From contig CM102284.1 in assembly GCA_046563655.1 (NCBI GenBank), forward strand, positions 4,588,001 to 4,652,000: a DNA stretch of 64,000 nucleotides, in the 5' to 3' direction. The notes under the pieces were generated by a model that was given only the letters and a program-made list of their open reading frames with translations, ran no database searches and was not told the origin of the DNA. Shown in pieces: positions 38,430 through 51,856 of the stretch. A program made the position numbers and the translations under genes. The DNA is from Yuukianura sp. NJ FZ-2021. Its lineage: Eukaryota. Position 1 is the stretch's first letter; the number at the start of each line of letters is the position of its first letter.

Positions 38430-40424
38430 TCATTGTGTGTAATTTCTGGGAGTCCTTGGTCTGGGTGGCACTTCAGGCAGAGGTGGCGGAGTGTCGGCGT
38501 CATTTTTTCGCGCCGTTTCCATTACATTGACGTAAGCGTCATAGCGCGGAGTAGAAGTGTTTATTAACGGTGTCCGTGCAGTCTTTTCTTCGAGGTCGAT
38601 TAACGGCGGTGTTCGCACGGTGTCTTCATCTTTTCCTGGGAGCAACGGTGTCCGCACGGTCATTTCACCCTCTTCTTGTATCACGTCTCCCCGCGACACT
38701 GGAGTCGACTTGCTACAGAAAATTGCACCAAAAATAATTTTGAGGTAATTTGTTTATCGTTTGGAACAATTTTTCATCGTACAGTCTAGGTGTAATTCTT
38801 GGCTTGTGCCGAAATGATTTCTGGACCAAACGACTCGCAACATCCGTCTTTCGTCTCAAAACTAACTGACCCTGGAATCAAAAAATACGTTTCGAAAATC
38901 GAAATTTCGGAAATTTCTAGCAAAATTTTGAACAACAGATCTCATACTTGGTCATCCGATTTTCTTCGTACAACGGTACTGTCGTCCTCTTCAGTACCTC
39001 TCCCGAGTTCTTCATCTGTTATTCGTTTTTGGACTTTCTCTTTTGCCAGTTCGTCTTTGGCTAAATAAGTATTCAAACTTCAAGTCATTGAATTTTCAAA
39101 AATCCAAAAGGTTTTCTTTTAAGATACGCGGATTTACTTAGATGATACTCATCGTAGATTGTGAGCGGGTCAATTCCGAAGAATTGGCACATTTCGTCAG
39201 GGCAAAGGGCATTGACCCAGAGTAGAGTAAAACCAAGGCTAAGGCAGACAATTGCATTGACCAGAACCAAGTAAAAGTCGATTCCAAAGTGTGTGTGTAA
39301 GATCACTTCTTCATGGACAAATTCATAAGGAACTTGAAGTTCCACAAAATTTCGAGTGAAGTACCACACGGAAAGTGCTAGAAATTGAAAAATTCCTGCC
39401 GCCATGAGGAAAATGGCGCCGTATCGAATGACCACTCCCAGAAGGACGCTGGCAATCAACCAGCATGGGAATGCTGTCCTGCAAAATTCAAACTACGTTC
39501 TAGAGCAATGGAAAAAATTTTAAGCGAAAATCTTTGTCAAAATTTGAAATTTTGTTTTCTTTCGTACCACATGAGAATGTGTGTGTAGTATCCTGCAAGG
39601 CGGTAGTGCCTGCCAAATCGTATTCCCTCCCCATCAAACGTAAAATATTCTGCAAGTTGCAGAATAGGGAGTGGCAAACCCTGGTAAACGGCTTCCCGAA
39701 AATCTCGGGCAATTTTGGCAGCGTAGTATCCAAACCCGAAGCGTCCTGTACAAGTATTTTCAAAAACCAAAAATTTCCTGAAAATTTTGAAATTTTGAAA
39801 ACATTCTAACCTTGTATTCCGACCCACGAGAAATGCTCATTGTAGTTGATATCTTCATTGAGCAAGTTGTCTTTAGAGTGAGTATAAGTAGGATCAGCTA
39901 AAGTTTTCAAAATGAAATCAAAAGCACACTTTCAAAATAACTCTGTATAGTTTAAGTTTTAATTAATTGTTAATTAGACCCCGGTTTTACCATTGTTAAG
40001 TGTAATGTTGATTCCTCTGAGTCCTATATGGAGTCCCAAATCAGCTTTGATTTCCTCTGAACTTCCACCCTTATACGGACTCGTAATTTTTACATGACCA
40101 ACCTCCCAATTGTATCCAAAATTACAAACTAAACGACATGAAAAACCAAACTGCATTGTTTAAAACATAGGTTTCAAAAATTTTGCAACTCATTTAAAAT
40201 TTACCAATAATAATTCCGCCAATGACTAGACTAATGACAACATGGAAGAAGAAAATCCACCTCCGCTTGCCACTGTAGGACGGTATTAAACTGAGAAGCG
40301 AAATCCCAAGTATCACAATGGCAAGTATTAGCCCTGCCGTAAGGACATCCACCGATGCTGGACTATGTTGTTCGTCATATTGCGTAGGGAATCCTTCTTG
40401 TCTATGGAAACTGAACCACACCAT
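38430..40424 (-). CDS. DUOXA: Dual oxidase maturation factor (DUOXA / moladietz-NIP)
   Basis: WFSFHRQEGFPTQY start; CNFGYNWEVG; IKADLGLHIGLRGINITL; INYNEHFSW; GRFGFGYYAAKIARDFREAVYQGLPLPILQLAEYF; GRHYRLAGYY; FFGIDPL. Confidence 0.93.
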
Positions 40425-41725
40425 TTTGACACTGGAAAGTCAGAATCTGAAATACACCGAAGACTCCGTGCTCAACGGAAGTCAAAGAAACCACTTCCGC
40501 CAGAGAAAGTACCATTTTGACCATCCACAAATACCTACCAAGTAGCACCTTATGGTTATGACTCACGCTAGGAATTTCAGGCTTAAACCACTTCAACTGC
40601 ATAAACACGAATCCTGGTTTAGGAAAAGGAATTCAGTCTCTTGAAAGTTGCAACCTAGAACAAAATTTTGAAGAACATTTAAAACTAAGTTTTGTTGGAA
40701 AAAATTACATATATCAATGAAAAAAAAAGAAAAAAAATGCTAAAACTTCATTGCTACAACGTGAACGCCATGTAAAAATTAAAAGTTTTCTTTCCCTGTG
40801 TTTACATTGCAAGATTCAAAGATGAGACCTTTAATATTTTATGCGGCGTGGAGACAAGCGAAAGAGAAACAATTAAAAAGATTTAGGAATTTTGAAGATT
40901 CTAACTCAATTTTCAATTTTGTTTTGACGAAACATCAGAATTTCTGAATTTCCGAATTTCGATAAAGAATGATTTTTTTGCAATAAGAAAGATTTACTTT
41001 CCAGGAATTTTTGACCGTAGAATACAATTTGGAAGTTTGGATTTCTGCATGAAGGGGGAGTACGTGCACTAATTAATTTCATATTTTAGAGTAAAGTGCT
41101 GTTGAAAATAACTGGAGTGGCATCGTGAAAGAATCATTAAACAATATTCAGTTAATCCTTGCTGCGGGATGTAGAGGTCTACAAGTTTTGCTTCCCAGCC
41201 AAATTGCATCGGCTTGATTGTTTTTTAAACAAGTTTTGAAAGTCAAATTTTTAAACAATTTTCCCTAACTTTCCCACCAAACGACGGCGGAAACGCTGAA
41301 TGCCATTTTTATTCGATGAATTTCAAATTTTTAACTTATGAAGATCATGCCAACAACAGTGGATGAGCGTCACGTCAAGAAATGCATCAAATTTTTTTTT
41401 TGCAAAAGTTGTTACTCCCTCCATCATCGTCATTTGGGAAGAGTAATTAAAACAAAAGAAATTATGGAAGTGGGAGTCATCAAGCGTTCTTGTTAAGCAC
41501 TCGGATTATGGAACGCACTTAACACATTACTTCCACTTACAATTCCAGTTTCCATTTCCACTTTGACAGAAACAACTTTCTCCAGTCCACAAATCCTAAA
41601 GTGTTATGATCTCAAAGCAATTCAAACCACCATTCGTTTATTGCATTTGCAATTCAAAAGTGACATAACTTGTTACACAAAAATGTGAGTCATGTGACCT
41701 TCTCAAGATATTGACCTTGATGACC

Positions 41726-44700
41726 TCAGAACCTATGTTCTGCCAGTTCTTGATTAGTAGTCAGAGAGAGACTGTTGGCCCGAGACTCTCGAAAACAACC
41801 GTTGATTGGATGCTGAACCGTGGCGACATTGGCAACGGATTTGAGTGCAGTTGATGTCACCGTGGCTACACCGCTCTGCATCATGGAAGTCGGAGTTGGT
41901 GCAGGCGCTTGCGTACTGACTCGCCGGCCGCCAAAAGATAACGACGTAGCCGTTCCACGCCTTCCTGACTTTCCAAATGACATGACCGAATTCCCTATTG
42001 AGGTCATTGTGGTCTAAAGTTTTGGAAAACAAAAAATTGGAGTTTAAATTAAGACAAATGAGAACTCCCGGGTAGGTCCTCATAAATTGCTCATCAGACG
42101 CGTCGTTTTCTCTTGCTCGCTTGCTACTTTTTGAAAATATCCCACATTTCAACATTGTTTTCAGACTCATTAATTTTATATGGATGACTGACTTTTGGAT
42201 TTTAGTCATAAGTTAGTTTGTGGGTTTCATAAAGTTTGGAACTGGAGCTTTTTCTGGAATACTTCCTTACCCTTTGAGTAGCTCTGTGGAAAAAGGACAG
42301 TGAGCCAGAAGACTCATCGAGTCGTCTCCGCCGAAATCGCTTTCTAAATCCTATTGTGAACTTGGAGAGCTGGAAATATAAAATTTTGAAAATTAGTTCA
42401 AAACTGACAATTTCCCTCTATCTTTTTTTCTAAAACTGAAGTAAAAGCAAGTAAAAGTAACTTTTCAGAATGAAAAAGCGAGTGATGCTAACTGGAGCAC
42501 ATCAGCGATTTGGTTTTGAACTTACACGCTGTTTGAACAGCTTTGTCGTAAGGGTGTACAAGATTGGATTGAGGGCAGAATTGACCGGAAGAACAAAAAT
42601 GGCTAACCAGCCATAAAATGTCGTTGGAACTGCCACTCCTGAAAGCAACAAAATACGTCAATCACGTCGCGTGTCAAAGAAACTATTATTGGTCAATCTC
42701 ACCGGCCATTGCAACACATTTGGAGAAAATGACTGGAGCCCAGCACGCAAAGTCCGTCACGACGACCAGACCGAATCGCATTGCCAGAATGCCATCTTGT
42801 CTTTGCTGATTCGTGCGCAGGGTGGTCGAGGAAGTTTGGATAATTCTGAGCATGCGCCAGTATGCATATGAAATGAACATGAACGCTAAGGAATTGAGAA
42901 CGACGAATAAGAGGAAGGAATATTCCCATCCAGGGTCAAATGGGTTGTGGATCTGGAGTGGGAGACAGAGTCCATTGCTCGTGTAGAAGTGACTGCCAAA
43001 GTACCCCTGTAGGATTGCCCAGAATGGGAGACAGGAGAAAGTAAGTGAAAGCACCCAGAGGACCCCTGTGATTCCAACTGCAGCGGGACAGAGTGAGTAG
43101 CGTTCTGCAAATGGCTGAACGATTGAGTAGTATCGGTCGAGTGTGATGAGCGTTAAGATTAGTACGGAGGCCTCTGAACTCAGAGCAGCCAACATCCCTA
43201 AAAACAGAAAAAGAAAGCGTGAAAGCAAAGGAAAAGTAGTGCTGGGACTGATTTATGACACCACTTTTTAAGCTGTTCCGTCTCGATTGAAATAGTGGGG
43301 GGTTGTAGGAGAGAGCCCTTAAGTGAGAGAGCACAAGGCTTTTCTAATCATAAATATGAAACAAAAGGGGGTTGGAAAAACAGAGGGAACTTCCGTGTTT
43401 TAACTTAACCTAGTCCATGTTGGGCTAAAAACTTGATTTTTCCCTACTATTGTAACAAAATGTTTCATTTGGAATATCAAAGCAAGAGCAATTGTAATTT
43501 TGCATTTTAGCTGCCTGAGTTTTTCAGAACCGAACCGGAAACTTTATTTTTGCAAACTCACCTGAAATTTTGCAAACTGCGGAATGCCTCCAAGCGTGCT
43601 GTTGTGCAAGGAAGTCTCCGCGGAACTTGACATCATGGACAGCAATAGAGAGGAGGAAGATGCCCATAAGGAGATCGGCAAGTGCCAAGTTTTTAATATA
43701 GAAAGAATGGATCCGGTTCTTTTCTCGAAATACCAAACGACTCGCTATCACGAATCCATTTCCAGCCACTCCAAGAACACCCATTATCCAGACACTGCAA
43801 ATTACAACAAGCGGGCTTCAGAAGTTCAGATGGAACCTCTTCCTGGAACTCCTTCCGAGCTCAAGTTGACCTTAAATGTCTTTATTGCACGTATTTAGTC
43901 CTCTGCTTTCCTTTTACTTTGAAAACTGCTATTACAAGACCATTGAAAATTGAATTCAGAGTACAACTCAGGTCATAATGTCAAAAAAATGCTTACGGGA
44001 AGCACCCGTTAAGAGAAATTTCGTTTCGTATTTTGTGAAAATTGCAGCATTTCCAAGAATCTAGGTCATACAATACAGTCTAGAGAATTTTCAAAAAAAT
44101 AAGTTTCAAGAAAATCAGATTCTAAAATTCTCCGTGCGTTGCGACTTCATTCAAAATAATCCCATTGTTTTTTAGTATACATTCTGACTCACATATAAAC
44201 TGGTTTTATGGGGAACAAAATGTCTTGTTTTTGGATTTTGAAAAACAAAAATTTAAATGTGTAATTTGTTGCAAAGCGCAGAATTTTCATGTTTTGGCAT
44301 CTTATGTGAATTACACCGTTAAGCTTTGCTTTGATTTTGGCCACTTGTGTTCAAAAATCGAAGGTTTTTGAATTTTTAGTGTTTCTGGCATGCGTACAAC
44401 GACACACGCAGCAGGGTGGATTTCATTGCAAAATTTTATGTCAAAATTTCAGCTTAAAAGTGTCTTACCAAATACGAAGTAAAATATTGTCCAGTAAATT
44501 TTCAACTGATGAAATTCCATCTCCTTTTGGCTCACAGTTTTGGACATGTGGTGCCCACCAGCACATCCAGAACTCATCAAAGTATCTAAAAGTTTAATTT
44601 TTTAGAAATTCACATCGGATTAGGTAGAAACCTCAAAAAGAAAAATCTAAAATTTAATTTTCTAAAAACTCCGCAAAAACGAAACACAAATCCCCTCATA

Positions 44701-47700
44701 ATCCCACAAAGTGAAAACTACTAACGAAAATTAATCACAGAATTCTAGAGACCTAAAATCCTAAATAAAAATCCTCTCACAGCCATAAATTTTCAAATCC
44801 CAAAATCTTTTTTTGTTTTTAGAGATTAGGGGCCGAAATGGTTGAAAGAGAAAGTCAACTTTCACTTTTCATTTACAAATCGGTTTTGTATTTATCATTA
44901 AACTGTGGTTTCCCTTGCCCGCACTGTGCCCAGAATACATTTGTATCTTTTCTTTCAAAATCCTAAAAAAGCTTTCCTACTTTTCTAGAATTCCAAAAAC
45001 GTTTCTAAAAAAAAGAGGAAGCTTTTGGAAAATGGATTAGAGAAAACAAAAGGTTTGTAAGAGGAAATGCGGAAATGGGCCAAAACAACACAGACTGAAA
45101 CGAGGAGACTCCTTTCGAATTTAGATTTATGCTCTTGCTCTGCATGTTGGACCATTTCGTAATGGATGTATTATATTATTTTATAAAGAAAGATTTAGAC
45201 ACGAGATTGAGAATCATAAATTACAAAATAGTTTAGGAAGAAGAGGACTTGGGATATCTCTTGTGCATTGGAAAAAAAGAAACGTAACCTAACCGAGTAA
45301 GTGGAAGATTTGCAGTTACCCGGGAAAGTTGATCTCAAAAAGTGAAAGTACTTACATGTGTTTTAGTTTCGTAAGATTCTGGAACATCACCCTCGCTCCT
45401 TCCAACTCTCCAAATCCATTTCGTACCAAGTTCCTGTAATTTATAGATAATCAACTCCAGTCTGCAAGAAAAAGCTTAAGAAAAGCCGACTTTCGCCAGA
45501 AATCTTTTTCACACTGACAAAACATTTCCAGTTTTGAAACATAACCAACCCAAAAACGAAAAATAAAATTTTGAGAAAGTAGAGTAGCTTTGTAAAGAGG
45601 TTTAAGGGATTGTACATAGTAGACGTGAAAATATTGGAATTTCATGTAGAGTGAATGGGAATTTGAATTTCCTGAGTTTTGAAAAATGAATTACTAGGAG
45701 CAAAATTCTGGAGATTTTGAAATAGTAGCATTTCAGAGTGGACTAGTAACCTAATAGTAGTGTTTTTGGTTAGCCAAAACTTGTGTCATTAAGAAACCAA
45801 AACTTGTAGTTGAGAAAGTAGAAGTTTGTAAAATTCAATTAGTGAAAAGGCGGAAGAAATGAAAGAGAAAGTTTCAGTTTTAATGACTTACAATGACTCT
45901 AAATTTTCCAGGGCCGAGAAAGTAGCGGTGTGGATTTCAGCTATTTGATTTCCGTTGAGGTTCCTGTTAGGAGAACAAAATAAAAGTTTCGGTTTACAAC
46001 ATAACCTTAACAAATCTTACCTTGAATTAGGCTTGGGTTGTGGCAAATTAGTTTAGGTTTAAAAAAAGACCAAGTAAACATAATCGCATTAGGTAGCCTT
46101 TGGGTTTTCCGAACAAAATTAAACTTGATTAGAGTAGTAGCCCTGGGGAAATGTTAGGTAGTTGAAGAATAGGATTTAGGATATAAAATTCGTTTTCTGA
46201 TGATCTGGATGATTAGAAAGGTGAATTTTTTTGCCATTATATAAGTAATATACGAACTTCGCGAAAAAAAAACGAAGCAGTAAACAACCGGGGAATCGAT
46301 CCCAGAACCGTAATAAGAAAAATTGCGACAGAAAACATTTGTTAGTCTACAGGAGTGCCGCGGAGTACCTGGACAGTTTTTCGAAAATTCGATTTCGAAA
46401 GAAGATTTGCAACAGGAAATAGGAAGCTGACAACGAAAATTCACTTCAGTTGAAGAAAAATTTCTTTTCTTCAAAACGCTTGTATAAGCAATCTACTTTC
46501 AGAAAGCACTACAGAAAAATTGACAGTAACGTTTAGGAAATTGGAAAACGTTATTCAAAAATGGTAAAAACAAACAAAATCAAGTAAAACTCGGCATATG
46601 TGAGAAATCATTGACTTTTGGAACCATATTTCGACTGTTTCAAAAAAATTGAAATGAAATCATTTTTTTGTAAAAAATGTTTCATGATAGAGAAACCACG
46701 GATGTATTTTCCCCTTGACTTATTTTTCTTGTTCGTTGTGATCCTTGTGAAAGTCCGTGACTTGACTGAAAGCGGTTGAGATTTACAATGGAATGGATCT
46801 TTTGTTGTCTATTTCGAAGCTTCCACAAAATCCAAAAGTAGAAAAAAGCTAGAATTTGGAGTTTAGGGAAGTGATGGATTTGGATTTTAGCCGCAATCAT
46901 ATCATACAACTCCCACTCCGAATTCGGTTTTCTCAAAAAGAATCATGCTATTTACTTGAAAAGGAAGTCATCAAGGCTCCAATGCCTCGAGACTGATGGA
47001 CACAAACAGTTCAATTCTTTCCTTCTAAAAATGACTTTTTGGAAATGATTTTTTTTAGAAATTGGAGAGGGAGGAGAAAGTCGGACAAATTGAAATATTT
47101 GGTTCAATGGGCTGAGGAAAACTTAGATTTTTGTGACTTACAGATTGACAAGTGAAGACAAATTGCAAAAACTTTCTTCTTCCAGAATTGTGATTCGATT
47201 GTATGACAGGTACCTGAAAAAATGAAAAAGCTCAGGTTCAGGACCTATTCTTTTCATTGTTTTGAAAAAAAAACTTTTGAAATCAAAAGTGAAAGTAACT
47301 TTCGTCGACAAATTGTTTGAAAATGCTTTTTGTTGACCTGGCCCTTATTGACATTCCGTTTCATATGTTTTCTGATTTGAATTTTGTTTTGTCACAAAAG
47401 GAAAAGTATAAAGTGAAAGCATTTCCACATCAAAGGTTTCAGTTTCATTAAAAAGAAGGTGGAATCCTTACAATTGACGAAGTGACACCAAGTCGGTAAA
47501 TAAGCAACTTCCAACCGTTTCAATCTTGTTCTTAGCAAGGTTCAACAGTTTCAAATTTTCCAGCCCAGTGAAGAACTGCTTCGATCCAACTTTGATGAGG
47601 TTAGAACTGAGTTGCCTAGTTTTTCAAATTTCAATTAAAATTCAGAAAAAAAAACACTTCGAAAACATGTCGTTCAGCCCCGACCTCAGTTCTGCAGGAA

Positions 47701-50700
47701 CGTAAAACGCTGTTTTCGGAAATCAGCAGAAGCTTTTTGCCTCTACGCAAAGGAGTTGACTTTAAACGCATCGGTAAACAACCATTTTACAACAACTGGC
47801 TTGAAAAATTTTCAATCAAAATGTAAAATTTTTAATTACAATTAGAATATATAGTACTGTTTTTTCCATTCCGACACCCGCTAAAGTTGGAGAATATCCC
47901 TCATTTTCTCTATTCCAGTTTGATGGATCGAGTGCCTTGCCTTTTACGACAAATCCATTTTCAGCTTTTCAAATAAATTAAATTTTTACAACAATTTCTG
48001 TTTTTTGGAGACAAGGCACTTTTCCGTGGTAAAAGCAAGTTCTTAGAACAAAAGTTTTTAAGCACTTCTAAACGTTTTAGTATTCTCTCTGTGAATTGGA
48101 AAACTTTTGTCGATGGCAGACGAATAGCAAAGTTTCAAACTCCACAAAATCAACGCTTTTTAAAGCCAAATAGGATTGAATTTTGGTTAATTCATGTTTT
48201 TCTAAGTTTTGGAATATTTGAGTAGAAATTATGAAACAGTTAATTTGAGAAAAATGTTGAAATTTTGATATGAACAGAGAAAATAACTAAAAATAAAACA
48301 AAACAGAAGAAAAGCACCACTCGAGAAGGTGAAAGCCTTACAAAATTTTGAGCCCCTTGAGATCGCGGAATGGATTGACCTCTGTCCCTGTGAGTTTGTT
48401 GTTTCGCAAATCCCTACAAATCAAATTCAGACAGCGTTTCAGAAAATCTGAACTTTCCCATCATTTCAGAATTCCGTCATGATTGTTACAGAAGCAAAGA
48501 GGAAAAGCCTTCAAGCAACAAAAACGCGGTGAAAGCCTACGCACCAAACAAGAAGTTGCACAAAATACACACAAAAGAGGCAAAAAATACGAACGGAGAA
48601 AGCATTTTTTTTTCTGTCTGAAAAAGATAGTGAACTTTTTTTTTAGCTTTTGGACAAACGTAAAAAAGAAGCTTTTTGACAGTTCAAAATATGGGATTTC
48701 GATTCCTAAAGCTCCTTTTAAGAAGGGAAATAAAGGTCAGGCGCAAATGAATTGTTGAGCGGAGGCTATTTATCACTTGGAAAGTGCGGGGAAAGCTAGG
48801 GTGAAAGGAGCGGGAAAGTTTGAATTTGAACTTACAGCTCTTGAAGGGAAAACAAGCCACGAAAAGAGAAGGGATTCACCCTCTCTAGTCCATTGTAACC
48901 GAGAAAAAGTTTCTCCAGTTTGGAATTTCCTATGAAAACGTTGTTTGGCAACACACGAAGGTGATTACTCGTCAAATGTCTAAAATAAACCAACATAAAT
49001 GTGGTTTTTAAAATTATGAAAAGCGAGTTTCTTGTTTTGTTTCAAGAAGTTTTCTGAAATTTCCAAAAGAGCATTAAAAACTTCGTTTTGACAGTATGTC
49101 ATAAAATGAGAATCTGAGAGTGACAAGCACTCTTTTGAAATTGAAATAAATTTAAATTTTAGTGAAAACGAATGTTATTTCAGCCGTGAGTTGGGGCTTT
49201 TTAAAGCAAATTTTTGAATTTTGAAAATTCAACTCACAGGATTTTGAGGTTTCTTAAACTTGCGAATGCTCCCGCTGGAATTTCTCGAATTGAACAGCTC
49301 GACAAAATTCTAGAATTTAAAACAAAAGAAAGAAAAAGTTTAGAACAAGAAAGCACTTTCAATGGATTAGTCAGAAATGGTTTTCCATTTCTAACGCCCA
49401 GAGGAGTATAGCTGCCAAATAGAGCTTTAGAAAACTCCTGTGACTTTCATTCACAAACTTTTTTTTTGGAAATCGAAAATATAAAATATGCATTCCATTT
49501 TTGCATTTATATTTTTCAAAAACGAAATCGTCAAATCAAATATTTACTTACAACGTTTCCAGATGAGTGAAATTCAATGTTGTCAAATCCCGAATGTCAA
49601 TGTGACTTCCGCTCAAATCTCTGCGGATGGGAAAAAAAAGTTTTTAAAAACTTCAAAAAAAAAAAAGCAAAGAAGAAGTTTTTTCCCTACATTATCCAAC
49701 ACGAAATGTCACAAACAAACTTTTCAATTTTGCGAATCTGTTACTTTTTTTTTGAAAACTAAACTCCATACAAAATATTACGTTTCGTATTATATTTATT
49801 CTTGACAAAAATTTAGATTCATAAGCTTTCCAGTTACGTACTCCATAAGTACTTTTGTACAATTCAGTGGTTGGGAGATTTAAATCAAAATTGAATAGAA
49901 TTCAATTCTATTCTATTCATCATATTCATAATGAATTCATTTTCAAAATTTCGAAAATCCTGAAAACAAATGAGAGGAAAATGAGTTGGAAAGCTGAAAA
50001 GAAGAAATTTAATCGAAACTGAAAATCTTTTTTTTTGTAGAATTTCTTTGCGCTTGACGAATTCATAAAGGAAGTGAAAGCAGACGAGACAGGCAGTGCG
50101 AAGCTGCTGACGCTTCAAATCTTCTGCTTTCACTTTCGCTTTTCAACGCGCTTGAAATCTCTTCTTCGTCACTGCCGTCAAGAAATCAGCTTTCACTTCC
50201 AGCGCCTGTGACTGCTTCACAAAGTGAAAACCTAACGTTAGAAAAAAGTGAAAACCATATTTGTTACGGCTTTTGAGTCGACAGGAATATTATGCATGGA
50301 GGGTGAATGAGTTCGTTGGAGAGAAAATGGCAGCCAGAGGCTGTGTTCCAGGACATTTCCTGGATGTCATCACACAAACAATACAAGTGATAATGGGATC
50401 TACTAAATGTCCTCACAAGTCATTGACATTCATCGTTCCCAGCAGGTCTTCCACACAACCTAGCTTAACCTAACGTCTTCCAGCGCAGCGGAACCCTACG
50501 AGGACTTTTCAGCCTCACACGTTTTTCTGGAGTGCTGACGGCTTTGAGCGCTCTGAAGACTATTACTGTCAACACGACTGCTGTGGTGGAGAGCGCATCA
50601 AATTTAAGAGGACGCTTACAGAATTTGGTCCAGTTAAGCCTGTTTTCCATAGTCTAGCTGAAACCTCACCATTAACTTAACGTAACCATTAGGATATAAA

Positions 50701-51856
50701 GGTACTAAAGTTAACTAAGCTAACAGCTGCTGTTTTTACACAATAAACGTTAGTTAGATCACTAGTCATGAGATACCTAGTGTCACCAGCGACATTATAA
50801 AATTGGATACTATAAATACATTCTAATTCGGATCAATTTTAGTCAACTTACAGAAATTCGACGTGTTTTGGAATCTGGGCCAAAAGGAGCGTCACATGCT
50901 GGAGGATATTTTGACAAAACAGTTTGTGCTCAAGACAAGTACAGTGCTGCAGCATGTCTTGGTCGTACTTAGCGTCGTAGTGAGGTTGACCTCTGAGGTC
51001 ACCGTAGAGGTCATCTGCACACAGAATGGAAGAAATAATTTGAAACCATTCAATGACATTTCCAGGTTCTAAGTTTCCCAAGTTTTGTAAATTCACTTAC
51101 ACTTGCAACTCGAATTTCCTTCTGAATCTGCATCCGGGCGTTTTTGATAAAACGAGTCCCAAAAATCTTTTTCATGAATGTTTTCTAAAGAAAAAAAAAT
51201 ACAAGAAAAACCAGCAAAATAATTAAGAAGCTCTGAAAAATTCATCCAAGCTGTTTCGGTTCTTTACGTTACAACTGCATAGAATTAAAAGTTATGTGCT
51301 CTCGGCATATCCTGCTGAATTCTTTTTGAGAAACAAGTCAGCTAATACGTCCTTTTTCAATCGAAAACAAAGTGAAAGTAACTTTTAATGGAGAAAATCA
51401 CTTTTCCTTTGTTGACTCAAAGGATCAACTTCCATTGACTGAGAGATGGCTTTCTCCCTAAATCCTCCCTTACTCAAAATCGTTCTTAAACATATAGGAG
51501 TAATCACTTCGTATTGAGAAAAGGAAAGGCTCTAAGGTTCCAAAAGGTGGCTAGAAGAGGCTAAAAGTTTAAGCTATTCCTTACGACAAATCGTTGGCGA
51601 CTCATCTGAGTCATCTCCTGGCCCACAGTCGGTCTTCCCATTGCAGATAAGTGACTGTGGGATGCACTTGGAAGGATTAATGGCACACTTAAAGTAGCCC
51701 ACAGAACAGCGTGGAAGGAACGACTTTGTCGGAACGGTCCCTTCACCTCTCAATTCCAACGCCGCCACTGACTGTTCGGATGATGGCAAAGTGTCAAGTC
51801 CCTTCGCATAGCTGTCCAGAACAACCAGAATCCAAATCCAACCAAGTGAAAGTCCT
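41726..51856 (-). CDS. Relaxin-family LRR GPCR (LGR type C; Lgr3/Lgr4/RXFP-like); 5' start not resolved
   Basis: LDLa module CSVGYFKC...[14 protein letters not shown]...DES..C at about 51585-51715; ten LRRs on phase-2 exons; hinge [19 protein letters not shown]; 7TM with [57 protein letters not shown]. Confidence 0.93.

Noticed and set aside
46873-46996. Plus-strand peptide [12 protein letters not shown] resembling an LRR, antisense within an LGR intron
   Set aside because: Single short match. The LGR already has its expected ten LRRs on the minus strand and there is no supporting exon structure, so probably chance.
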